Below are positions 52,331 to 60,770 of a stretch of 64,000 nt of DNA, piece after piece. Position numbers and translations under genes: made by a program. Each line of letters opens with the position of its first letter. The first letter of the stretch is position 1. The notes beneath the pieces were generated by a model. It was not told the DNA's origin and made no database searches. It worked only from the letters and a program-made list of their open reading frames with translations. The DNA is from Bacillota bacterium (GTDB taxonomy: Bacteria > Bacillota > Clostridia > Monoglobales > Firm-18): positions 182 to 64,181 of the forward strand of contig JALOAJ010000009.1 of assembly GCA_023228885.1 (NCBI GenBank), given 5' to 3'.

Positions 52331-52885
52331 CTAAAACGTGTTTGTTTTAATTATCAAACATAACACGGAAGTTATAACGGCTACAATAGCAATAAACACA
52401 CCTTTTTTGTACAATCCCATACGTTTTTCATTAATATTTCTGTTATAGTCAACTGCCTCATTATAAAGCCTAATCAATGCTACATTTATAATATCTTCAT
52501 TCTTTTTCATAAGTTCATCTTTTGATATTGATGATAAATTTATATTCTTATATTGTCTTGAATACAGTATAATTGCAAAAATAATAGTGGATGTTACAAT
52601 TAAAGCAGCACTAACGAAAGATAATAATATGTATGCAGTCCCAACAACATTATTGAACATACTGGGCACTAAATTCCAAATGTCTTGATAATCTAATAAC
52701 GAGGTTATAAATGCCAATAACGCTGCTGAAAGAGTTAGAAAAATACTAACTTTGGTATCTACTAAAGATGTCCTGTTAAATTCTCTTTCATATTCATTTC
52801 TGCATATATCTAAGATTATTGTTGAAGAGGGGAAAAATGTCTTATCAGTATTTTCTTGTTTTTTAAAATTACTACTATCACTCAT
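52331..52885 (-). CDS. 3-TM membrane protein (184 aa) with a D-x-K motif before TM1
   Basis: RBS GGAGGAG lies 9 nt upstream. SLVDTKVSIFLTLSAALLAFITSLL (TM1), VVGTAYILLSFVSAALIVTSTIIFAIILY (TM2), a ~50-aa helical loop, then VFIAIVAVITSVLCLIIK (TM3). Confidence 0.7.
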   Translation of the reverse strand: MSDSSNFKKQENTDKTFFPSSTIILDICRNEYEREFNRTSLVDTKVSIFLTLSAALLAFITSLLDYQDIWNLVPSMFNNVVGTAYILLSFVSAALIVTSTIIFAIILYSRQYKNINLSSISKDELMKKNEDIINVALIRLYNEAVDYNRNINEKRMGLYKKGVFIAIVAVITSVLCLIIKTNTF

Positions 52886-52995
52886 TTGTAATCGCTCCTC
52901 CGTACATATCTATAATCAATTATAGAATAAACATGAAAAATAGTAAAGGCTATGACCCCTCACCTAAACCAAGTTTTCATCCCTCACATCCCTCA

Positions 52996-55900
52996 TTAAT
53001 AGGTCTTCTTAAATATCGAAGAATTAATTATAGGTTGAAGACTCTCCACTTTATTCCATGACAACACCTTGCATGTAACATTAGACGTTTTTCCACCGCA
53101 GTCTACATCAAAAGATTTTTCACTATTTCCATAAGGAATTACCTGCTCTCTGTATAGTTTTAAATTTAAAAGTTTGTTTGTTTCAGCATCATACATCGCT
53201 AATATAATATCAATAATTTTTTCTTCTCCGTTATTAACAAAATCAATATTTGCCGTCCATGTATTTCCGTCTATGCTAAAGAAATCGTCCACAACAGTAT
53301 AATCAAAATCTAAAATTTTCTCCGTCTTTGCTACGGCAAGGCTGGAGTTGTTTAATACATTTACATCATCTTCAGCTACCACCGTAACATAATATTTTGC
53401 AATACCCGACTGTGAAAATTCGTTAATGTCAATCGGCTCGGCAAAACTGAATACTTCGTTTGCAAGCACATCGTCAAAAGTTTTTTCCAATACAACCTCA
53501 CCGTCTTCGGTATCTTTATGCACCCTGACAATCATTCTGTCAGAATCCACAGAGCCTGCATTGTGAACTACAACATTCAGCCAATATTCGTCATCATTCT
53601 TTATAAAATAAGATTCTGTAATCGAGGCATCAATTTGACCGATTATTATCGTACGGCTGTTGTCACTTTCATCAAAATCCGCAACATTTTTAGGTAGGAT
53701 TTTAAAAGAAATCTCTTTTGCACCTGCAACCTCCGGTCTGTACGAGAAAGTAATGTTTTTACTATCTCCGGCTTTTAAAACTTCGTCACCACGCTCTACG
53801 GTTGCTTTTAATGTACTTCCCTCATAAATGTAAATATCATAACCTGAAATTTCTTCTTCCCCGATATTATATAATGTACAAGTGATAGGTGCAACCCCTG
53901 CCATTGTGTATATACTATCGTCATAAAAAATATTGTTTTCGGAAACAGCAAGATTATAGCTTGGAGTTATCTCTGTCACATACAAATCATTCTGTCCGCC
54001 TGTATAACTAAGCACACCACCGTTGTCAATAATTTCAATCGGCTGCTCGGTCAGATAAGCCGCTACAAATTTACCATCGCCTTTTAATACAATGCTTGGA
54101 CGTTTGACATTAAACTCACCGTCTATCATTGTCATTTTTTCGCTCCATAAGCCGCCATTATAGCGAACTCCGCAAAGCGCATTGTAACCATCTACAGACT
54201 CAACCCAGCACAAATATAGCTCATCACCCTGTTGTGTAAATACAGGTGAAGTTTTGAAATCATCACCCGTTTCAATTTCTGTAATTTCTTCGTTGCCATT
54301 AAAACTGCTTGTTACGGTAAGCTTTCCATTTTGGTTAAAAGTAGCAAGCAAATACTCATTGTTGCAATGTGTTAGTTTATATTGCTCTACGTTGGTATCG
54401 GAGACAGGCTGCACCTTGTCGTCAGCCGTAGATACCATAAACAGCTTACCGTCACGACGGAATAAAATCAGACCTTCACTGCCATCGAAGGCTGCCTCGA
54501 TTCTGCTGACCTGTCCTATATCAGAAACAGTCTTTGTTTCACCCCAAGAGGAGCCATCGAATATTTTGTAACAGATGTCCGTTGTTCCGATATTTCCCAT
54601 CACATCGGATTCACTGTTAGTAATCCATGCCACCAAACGTTTGTTGCCATGCTCCGCAACCACAGGGGCAAAATCGGCAACAGAGTTGTTTGTCATTGCA
54701 GTTGGGGTACTCCAACCGCTTCCGTTAAAAGAGGAATAATATATTTCCGACTCTTTCATAACAGTTTTAAAATTTGTAATATTTGCGGGTAGATTAGATT
54801 TTGTTTTTTCCCACACCAAAGAAGTACCGTCAAAATAAAAGCCCGAATCCATAGTACCTGTATCATTGATAGCCTTTGGCAAGGTCCAATTTGTACCATC
54901 AAATGTGCTGTACACTAATTTTAGAGCATCCGAATCGGCACGTTTTTCATCAAACACCGTATAAACCAATACCGGTACACCATTTATAATTTGTATTGCG
55001 GGTTGAGTGGAAACGAAAGTGTTTTGGTGAATCAGCCTTGTGTCTTTATTTGAAAGCACAGAGGAAAATAGCGATATTTTTGGCGTATCCCCAACAAATC
55101 CGCTTGGGTTTTCTAAAAAGCCTCGTCCAATCATTTGCAATTCGGCATCACTTACACTCATTAGTCCTAAACTTCTCTTATCCCAATTAGGCCATTTAAA
55201 ACTACCGACCTTTTGTTCTGCTGTTGCTTCTATAATCCACAGCTTTGCTGTTGCGCGTGCACCATACTCCAGTTCAATAGTAGGTTTGAAGGATGCAGGA
55301 TTGAATGTAACAGGCAGTTCAATTCCCGCTGTTCCGTAAACACCGATTAGGACTTCAGCCCAATCTCCGGCACTTGCACCAATTCCGCCTCCAAGGTCTG
55401 CCTCAGCAGCAGCGGTTACCTTGCCGTCAAATCTTAAACTATCTTTTTTACCTATTGCACTTATTTGTGCCGAAATTCCGGCACTAAGCTTTAGCTTAAT
55501 TAAAATAGGAATAGCCCCGATAGGTGTAATAAGCATTGTTGTGTATTTATATTTAGCCAACTCACTCATCGGCATATCCTTTTCCTGTTTTGATGATGTG
55601 CTTTTGGAGTTACTGGTTGAAACACTAAAAGAACCCGTCCATTCTTCTTCGAAAAGGTTTTGAGTTGCAATATCTGTAAGCGGCACTTCAAGTTTTATAC
55701 CATAGTTAACTCCTATGCTGTTTTTGCCTAACAGCTGCAACTTTCCGTTCTCCTTTGAGTTGCTAAAAGCCTTTTTCACTTCAATGATCAACTTATCATC
55801 TTTAATGGAAAAACTGGCTGTATTTTTAATGATTTTATTTATTTCTTCCGTAAAGTCTAACTTAACCGTTGTGCTTTCCGAGTCGAAAAACGGAATGCCC

Positions 55901-58833
55901 GTTATGGGGGTACTTTCAAACTTGGGGAATAAGAATTCCAACTCCGCAGGAAGCACTTGAATGCCAAGCTTCAATGTTCTATTTGCTGTAGTTTTTCCGT
56001 CTGCTGTTATTGCTCTAATGATAAATTCTTCCCCCGCATCAAAACCTTGACTAAGGGCAACTCTCATTTTGCCGTCTTGGTCAAATCTAAGTTCTTTTCC
56101 GCTGTTTTTGCCCCTAAGCACAACCTCGCCGGGGGATTTTCCGTTCCAGTCCACACTGCAACTAATCTTATACTTTTTCCTGTCTAATTTATCAAAATAA
56201 ATCTTACCGCTGTTTAGCACATCTCTTGCAGGGCCGTTTCCCAAATCAACATCTACATAGTTTATATAAATAGAGTTGGGGTCTTTGGGTTTTAAGACGA
56301 TACTATATCCTCGACTGCTATAAATATAAGGCCATGTAGTTCTAAAATAACCCGTTGCCTCTGCCGTAACCTTAGTTTTCGTGTTGGTTGCCACATTAAA
56401 TTCCGCCATGCCCTCACTGTTAGTCTGTTTGGTCTGCCCTTCGATTGTAACCGTTGCATTGGGAATAGGCTGATTTGTTTTATCCTCAACGACCTCGATT
56501 TTTACATTGGATATCCGTCCACTGTTTTGACTGCCCCCTGTTTGAATGGCAATGGCGTTTTCAAGACCAGTTATGGTAGACCAAAAATATTGCTTTCCTA
56601 TTAGGGGTAGGCCTACAGGGTAGTAACAGTATGATTTTATTGTTATGTTGTCGCTCAAAAGCCCCAAAAACCCTCCGACATATACCTCGTATTCGCCTAT
56701 TATTGCAAAAATATTGCCGCTTACAACGCAGTCTGATATGGTTGTGCCATCCCAAGCACTCCCTATAAGTCCTCCTGCATAGGCATCGGAACCTGCACTT
56801 TCAATAGAAACATTGCCGCTTGCAACACAGTCTGATATGGTTGTGCCATCCAAAGCACTCCCTATAAGTCCTCCTGCATAGGCATCGGAACCTGCACTTT
56901 CAATAGAAACATTGCCGCTTGCAACACAGTCTGATATGATTGTGTCATCTCCAGTTCTCCCCATAAGCCCTCCTGCATAGGCATTGGAACCTGCACTTTC
57001 AGCGGAAACATTGCCGCTTGCAACACAGTCTGATATGATTGTATCATCACCGGCACTCCCCATAAGTCCTCCTGCATAGGCAGAGGAACCTGCACTTTCA
57101 GCGGAAACATTGCCGCTTGCAACACAGTCTGATATGATTGTATCATCACCGGCACTCCCCATAAGTCCTCCTGCATAGGCAGAGGAACCTACACTTTCAG
57201 CGAAAACATTACTGCTTGTTGTGCAGTTTGATATAATAGTTATACCATAGGCATATCCCACAATTCCACCGGCATAGGCAGAGGAACCTACACTTTCAGC
57301 GAAAACATTACTGCTTGTTGTGCAGTTTGATATAATAGTTATACCATAGGCATATCCCACAATTCCACCGGCATAGGCAGAGGAACCTACATTTTCAGCA
57401 GAAACATTGCCACTTACAGTGCAGTTAGATATGGTTGCCCCGTCGGTATAACTAACAATTCCTCCTGCTAAGACACGGGCATATGCTCCTGCACTTTCAG
57501 TGGAAACATTGCCGCTTACTGTGCAATTTTCTATAATTGTTTCCTCAGCAAATACCACAACTCCTCCAATGTCTGCATTTTTACTTTTAACAGAAACATC
57601 GCCACTTAAAATACAGCTTGATATGGTTGAATTATGTGAACGTAATGTAATTCCGCCGGCAGAATCAATGTAGTTACTTTGAGTATTAGAAAACGAAGAA
57701 ATATTTCCAATTACTATACAATTTTCTATGGTTGAATTATCTGAACTTGATGTAATTCCCGCAGCACCAGCACTTGCGACGGCATGTTTTTCTATACCTT
57801 CAGCAGAAACATCACCCCGTACCGTACAATTTTCTATGGCTGTATGCAAGGCTACCGACACAATTCCACAGGCATCGGCAAAGGAATCAATCCCTTTGGC
57901 ATAAACGCTACTATTCATTAAACAGTTTGCTATAGTTGTATGTTCAACAAAACTTGCAATTCCACCGGCATAGGCATAGGAATCTATACTTTCATAGGAA
58001 TCTATACTTTCGGCGGAAATATCACCGCTTACTGTGCAGTCGGATATGGTTGTATTATACGCATACCCCGTAATTCCTCCGGCATCGACATGTCGATATT
58101 CTCCTATACCTGTGTATGTGCTTTCGACGGCGATATCACCACTTACTGTGCAGTGTTCGATATTTGTATTTAAAGCTACCCCAACAACCCCACCAACATC
58201 TGCATAAGAATTAGTCGTGATGTTGATATTCATTTGGCTTATTTTAAGGTTTTGTAAAATAGCGTTTTCCGTAAATCCAAATAACCCTGCAACAACATCT
58301 ATACCCTCTGTGATGTAAATGGATAATTTTTCAATGATATAATTGTTTCCGTCTAAACTTCCTTTAAAGGGAAACTCATATTCGTCGCCAATCGGTTCCC
58401 AATTTCCCCATGTTGATAAGTCAATATCATTATTCAGTATGTAATGGGCGGATAGGTCATTTCGTATCCCATCTAACTGTGCCGCTGTTTTAATCTGATA
58501 GGGATTTTGCTCTGTACCGTCGCCCCCTGCAAAGCTTCCAGACTGCAAAACAACTGCCGATTGCGGAATAGATTTCACATCTGAATTTTCTACATTACCA
58601 ACTGTTTCCTTCATCTGCTCCCGTCGCTCTTGTATGCGCTTTATATGCTCTGCTTGTTCCTCCTCCATACGCTTACGTTCAGCTTCTCGGTGTTTTTCCT
58701 CCTCAAGCCGTTCCATTTCCATTTCCTCTATGGAAATAAGCTTTGCACTTTCTTCTGCATATACGGCAAGATTTGAAACAGAACCCACCATCAGTACTGC
58801 CATCAGTAGAATTGACACAATTTTTTTAACCAT
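52996..58833 (-). CDS. Giant secreted GLUG-repeat surface protein (1,945 aa): signal peptide, charged coiled coil, ~16 GLUG-type repeats, CarboxypepD_reg-like domain, propeller-like region, CARDB-like domains and the shared C-terminal module
   Basis: ATG 58833 lies 7 nt after GGGAGG. Signal peptide MVKKIVSILLMAVLMVGSVSNLAVYA. Coiled coil EEMEMERLEEEKHREAERKRMEEEQAEHIKRIQERREQMKE. A repeated AGG(I/L)(V/M/I)G...I.NC.VSG.V core (GLUG motif). VEDKTNQPIPNATVTIEGQTKQTNSEGMAEF (prealbumin-like). Repeated F(D/N)GS.W blades. YNIGEEEISGYDIYIYEG...AGDSKNITFSY (CARDB-like). C-terminus IILAMYDAETNKLLNL...CKVLSWNKVESLQPI. Confidence 0.85.
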   Translation of the reverse strand: MVKKIVSILLMAVLMVGSVSNLAVYAEESAKLISIEEMEMERLEEEKHREAERKRMEEEQAEHIKRIQERREQMKETVGNVENSDVKSIPQSAVVLQSGSFAGGDGTEQNPYQIKTAAQLDGIRNDLSAHYILNNDIDLSTWGNWEPIGDEYEFPFKGSLDGNNYIIEKLSIYITEGIDVVAGLFGFTENAILQNLKISQMNINITTNSYADVGGVVGVALNTNIEHCTVSGDIAVESTYTGIGEYRHVDAGGITGYAYNTTISDCTVSGDISAESIDSYESIDSYAYAGGIASFVEHTTIANCLMNSSVYAKGIDSFADACGIVSVALHTAIENCTVRGDVSAEGIEKHAVASAGAAGITSSSDNSTIENCIVIGNISSFSNTQSNYIDSAGGITLRSHNSTISSCILSGDVSVKSKNADIGGVVVFAEETIIENCTVSGNVSTESAGAYARVLAGGIVSYTDGATISNCTVSGNVSAENVGSSAYAGGIVGYAYGITIISNCTTSSNVFAESVGSSAYAGGIVGYAYGITIISNCTTSSNVFAESVGSSAYAGGLMGSAGDDTIISDCVASGNVSAESAGSSAYAGGLMGSAGDDTIISDCVASGNVSAESAGSNAYAGGLMGRTGDDTIISDCVASGNVSIESAGSDAYAGGLIGSALDGTTISDCVASGNVSIESAGSDAYAGGLIGSAWDGTTISDCVVSGNIFAIIGEYEVYVGGFLGLLSDNITIKSYCYYPVGLPLIGKQYFWSTITGLENAIAIQTGGSQNSGRISNVKIEVVEDKTNQPIPNATVTIEGQTKQTNSEGMAEFNVATNTKTKVTAEATGYFRTTWPYIYSSRGYSIVLKPKDPNSIYINYVDVDLGNGPARDVLNSGKIYFDKLDRKKYKISCSVDWNGKSPGEVVLRGKNSGKELRFDQDGKMRVALSQGFDAGEEFIIRAITADGKTTANRTLKLGIQVLPAELEFLFPKFESTPITGIPFFDSESTTVKLDFTEEINKIIKNTASFSIKDDKLIIEVKKAFSNSKENGKLQLLGKNSIGVNYGIKLEVPLTDIATQNLFEEEWTGSFSVSTSNSKSTSSKQEKDMPMSELAKYKYTTMLITPIGAIPILIKLKLSAGISAQISAIGKKDSLRFDGKVTAAAEADLGGGIGASAGDWAEVLIGVYGTAGIELPVTFNPASFKPTIELEYGARATAKLWIIEATAEQKVGSFKWPNWDKRSLGLMSVSDAELQMIGRGFLENPSGFVGDTPKISLFSSVLSNKDTRLIHQNTFVSTQPAIQIINGVPVLVYTVFDEKRADSDALKLVYSTFDGTNWTLPKAINDTGTMDSGFYFDGTSLVWEKTKSNLPANITNFKTVMKESEIYYSSFNGSGWSTPTAMTNNSVADFAPVVAEHGNKRLVAWITNSESDVMGNIGTTDICYKIFDGSSWGETKTVSDIGQVSRIEAAFDGSEGLILFRRDGKLFMVSTADDKVQPVSDTNVEQYKLTHCNNEYLLATFNQNGKLTVTSSFNGNEEITEIETGDDFKTSPVFTQQGDELYLCWVESVDGYNALCGVRYNGGLWSEKMTMIDGEFNVKRPSIVLKGDGKFVAAYLTEQPIEIIDNGGVLSYTGGQNDLYVTEITPSYNLAVSENNIFYDDSIYTMAGVAPITCTLYNIGEEEISGYDIYIYEGSTLKATVERGDEVLKAGDSKNITFSYRPEVAGAKEISFKILPKNVADFDESDNSRTIIIGQIDASITESYFIKNDDEYWLNVVVHNAGSVDSDRMIVRVHKDTEDGEVVLEKTFDDVLANEVFSFAEPIDINEFSQSGIAKYYVTVVAEDDVNVLNNSSLAVAKTEKILDFDYTVVDDFFSIDGNTWTANIDFVNNGEEKIIDIILAMYDAETNKLLNLKLYREQVIPYGNSEKSFDVDCGGKTSNVTCKVLSWNKVESLQPIINSSIFKKTY
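56695..57387 (-). repeat. Seven tandem 99-bp (33-aa) coding repeats inside the GLUG protein, with adjacent copies identical or nearly so
   Basis: Unit starts, marked by the GGTTCC (Gly-Ser) codon pair, fall at 57387, 57288, 57189, 57090, 56991, 56892 and 56793, an exact 99-nt period. Units 1=2 (GSSAYAGGIVGYAYGITIISNCTTSSNVFAESV), 3=4 (GSSAYAGGLMGSAGDDTIISDCVASGNVSAESA), and 5-7 are close variants. Confidence 0.95.
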
Positions 58834-58920
58834 CGTATATCCTCCCTGTCTTTTCCTTTGCTTCTTTTTATATAGTTCCTCCGAAAACAAATTTTCCATT
58901 TTATTTTATCATATGGCTCC

Positions 58921-58952
58921 ACAATCTGTAAACTAACTTAATTACAAATTGT
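58921..58952. promoter_or_regulatory. Inverted repeat (10/11) in the divergent region between the GLUG gene and the RHH gene; candidate RHH operator
   Basis: ACAATCTGTAA (58921-58931), 10 nt, TTACAAATTGT (58942-58952). A TATAAT lies at 58980-58985, 22 nt upstream of ATG 59008. Confidence 0.4.
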
Positions 58953-59007
58953 GTTCTTATTAAATTTCAACAAAGCAATTATAATTAACATAGAGGTGAA
59001 TTGCTTT

Positions 59008-59211
59008 ATGAAAGATAAATTTATAGTCACTTCCAAAACCGAACATTCGGTTACAATGACCGCACGCATTGACAAGGAACTGAATGATAAACTTAAAAAG
59101 TTGGATTTTAAAAGCAACCGTTCCCGTAATGAACTAATTAATATGTCATTGCGCTATACTTTTCAAAACATCGAGTTTACTGAAAATATTGAAAAACAAC
59201 TGGTAATATGA
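59008..59211 (+). CDS. Ribbon-helix-helix (CopG-like) DNA-binding protein (67 aa)
   Basis: RBS AGAGGTGA. VTMTARIDKELNDKLKKLDFKSNRSRNELINMSLRY has the beta-strand/helix/helix pattern and the S/T-R-x-x-L-I motif of RHH proteins. Confidence 0.65.
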   Translation: MKDKFIVTSKTEHSVTMTARIDKELNDKLKKLDFKSNRSRNELINMSLRYTFQNIEFTENIEKQLVI

Positions 59212-59307
59212 CCAATGCAATTATTATACAGTACAACTGGTAAATTTTCAAGATAATTTTTCCATGTAATTACTGTTTAACATTGTTTTCGCTACCAGCT
59301 CCCCATC

Positions 59308-59466
59308 CTACTCTTTCTTTGGCTTCAGAGATTCTTTCCAATCCTCAAACTCCCGCTTGCCTTACGCGCTCTCAAAGAATTTCTGTATCTCAGGAAGTAG
59401 GCAGCGGGCAAGAGTTTCAATTTCGTGTTTTGGTATGTCAGCAGTATAATCTTTTTGCTTCCCCAT
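59308..59466 (-). pseudogene. Small ORF split by an in-frame TAA (34 aa, stop, then 17 more in-frame codons)
   Basis: RBS GAGGGGA lies 4 nt upstream of ATG 59466. The frame reads MGKQKDYTADIPKHEIETLARCLLPEIQKFFESA, TAA at 59362-59364, then GKREFEDWKESLKPKKE and TAG. Confidence 0.45.
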
Positions 59467-59681
59467 ACTGTCCCCTCTTTCCCATTCAAATTAACTCTAA
59501 AAAGATCCCCCTACTATATAAAGGAAAGAAGTAAGAGGTTTGCTAACCATAAAAACAAATATTTTTAAAAAGTTATAAAAATACACAAAAGCCATATTTG
59601 GTTTCTGGGCGTTTTACGATAGTTATTTAATATATGAACTTAATTTGTATTAATAAATTCTGACTAAGCTCTTTAAAGCAG

Positions 59682-59708
59682 AAAAAAAAGGGTTTGGGCT
59701 TTGCCCAA
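59682..59708 (-). terminator. Rho-independent terminator (minus strand)
   Basis: On the minus strand: TTGGGC AAA GCCCAA, then ACCC and T8 (plus-strand A8 at 59682-59689). Confidence 0.5.
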
Positions 59709-59879
59709 GATTTAAAACTGTTTGTATATACAAGGGGGAAGCTTGCCGTCACCAAGATGACGTATATTTTAGTTCCCTTGCTAATTTTTTGACACGCCTG
59801 TTATTTTAGAAGATAACAAAAAAGCAGATGAATAAAATTGAAAATTACATTAAAAGTACTTTTAAATCACATAAAAATA

Positions 59880-59912
59880 CCCCACCTTGTTCCAAATTGG
59901 AATAAGGTGGGG
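59880..59912 (-). terminator. Long hairpin directly after the TnpV-like gene
   Basis: CCCCACCTTGTTCCAA A TTGGAATAAGGTGGGG. On the minus strand it is followed by TATTTTTAT. It shares a 23-nt core with the hairpin at 60264-60288. Confidence 0.6.
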
Positions 59913-59918
59913 CAATTA

Positions 59919-60230
59919 TTACGTTAAATCTTGATACATAAGCCATTCTCGAATCACAGAACGAGTCATAGAATCTCTTGTTTTAGATTTTTTATAAAGA
60001 TTTGTTTCCATTTCCCTTTGCTCATGTTCATAACTTTCCAAAAATTCAAACAGCCTTTCTTCTTCAAGTAATTGTAATATATATTCAGGTTGGTGTTCTT
60101 TCATATATTCAAACTTTGCATTTGCATATGGCGATAAATCATATGGTACTATGTAATCAATGGGATTGTAAATTTCATTATCGTCAAGTTCGTAAATAAA
60201 GCCATTTTCATCAAATAAATACTTATCCAT
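59919..60230 (-). CDS. TnpV-like small protein (103 aa)
   Basis: YANAKFEYMKEHQPEYILQLLEEERLFEFLESYEHEQREME parallels the remembered Tn4451 TnpV segment YGNLHLAFIKKHRRGTYTTLLTEGKLNAYLHDIDVQAREMV. The RBS is weak. Confidence 0.45.
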   Translation of the reverse strand: MDKYLFDENGFIYELDDNEIYNPIDYIVPYDLSPYANAKFEYMKEHQPEYILQLLEEERLFEFLESYEHEQREMETNLYKKSKTRDSMTRSVIREWLMYQDLT

Positions 60231-60263
60231 CGTATCAACTTCTTCTGAAAACTAATTTCTGCG

Positions 60264-60288
60264 ACCTTATTCCAAGTTGGAACAAGGT
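60264..60288 (-). terminator. Hairpin abutting the stop codon of the 101-aa gene; twin of the 59880-59912 core
   Basis: ACCTTATTCCAA G TTGGAACAAGGT. Its reverse complement differs from the core CCTTGTTCCAAATTGGAATAAGG at 59885-59907 only in the loop base. Confidence 0.45.
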
Positions 60289-60593
60289 TAGTTTATAAAT
60301 CCAAATTGTTTTAATAGAAAAATGCAATCGACATATCCTTGAAAATACACAGCAGTCTGTTCTATAGTATGAGTACCACTCTCAACTTCCATAAAATCCT
60401 TTATTGTCTGTTTTTGCTTAAAGGTTATCTCTAAAGTATCAGTGTCAAGGAATTTTATTAATTCATCGTTTAATGCTAACCCCTTAGATAACATTTTTGC
60501 ATAATCAGTATTGCACTTTCGCAACCTTACTAACGAATCACTAATTGTTTCGGCAAGTAATGTGTTTAAGTTTATTGAAAAGCTATTTTTCAT
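60288..60593 (-). CDS. Small helical hypothetical protein (101 aa) divergent from the XRE gene
   Basis: RBS AAAGGGGA upstream of ATG 60593. The protein ends ...AVYFQGYVDCIFLLKQFGF, a pattern common in small accessory proteins next to XRE/recombinase modules (recalled from memory). Confidence 0.55.
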   Translation of the reverse strand: MKNSFSINLNTLLAETISDSLVRLRKCNTDYAKMLSKGLALNDELIKFLDTDTLEITFKQKQTIKDFMEVESGTHTIEQTAVYFQGYVDCIFLLKQFGFIN

Positions 60594-60770
60594 AGATGTT
60601 AGTCCCCTTTCTATAAATGTTGTTAACATAATACTATGAAGCTTACTTCGCGTCCAGCCGCAATTCCGGACAAATTTTCACTTGATGATCAGTGCAAAGC
60701 GCACAAAAGATATCCCTGTGAATATCACTACACTTACATCATGGCAGAGATCCTTTTGTTATTTTTCTGA

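Noticed and set aside
52118-52885. A complete Pycsar/CBASS-type defence system
   Set aside because: Only a stand-alone TM protein is present. No cyclase, nucleotide-binding or sensor gene is visible anywhere in the window, so at most this is an orphan effector-like gene.
56695-57387. Regular 99-bp repeats considered as a CRISPR-like array
   Set aside because: There are no unique spacers. The units are contiguous, in frame and encode GLUG-type protein repeats within a continuous 5.8-kb ORF.
59008-59211. The RHH protein as the antitoxin of a toxin-antitoxin pair
   Set aside because: No co-directional toxin-sized ORF follows or precedes it. The next ORF is on the opposite strand and is interrupted.
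59283-59534. 83-aa + strand ORF
   Set aside because: The opposite strand carries a short ORF with a good RBS and a protein-like sequence (59308..59466). The + strand ORF has no RBS and is Pro/Ser/Leu-rich.
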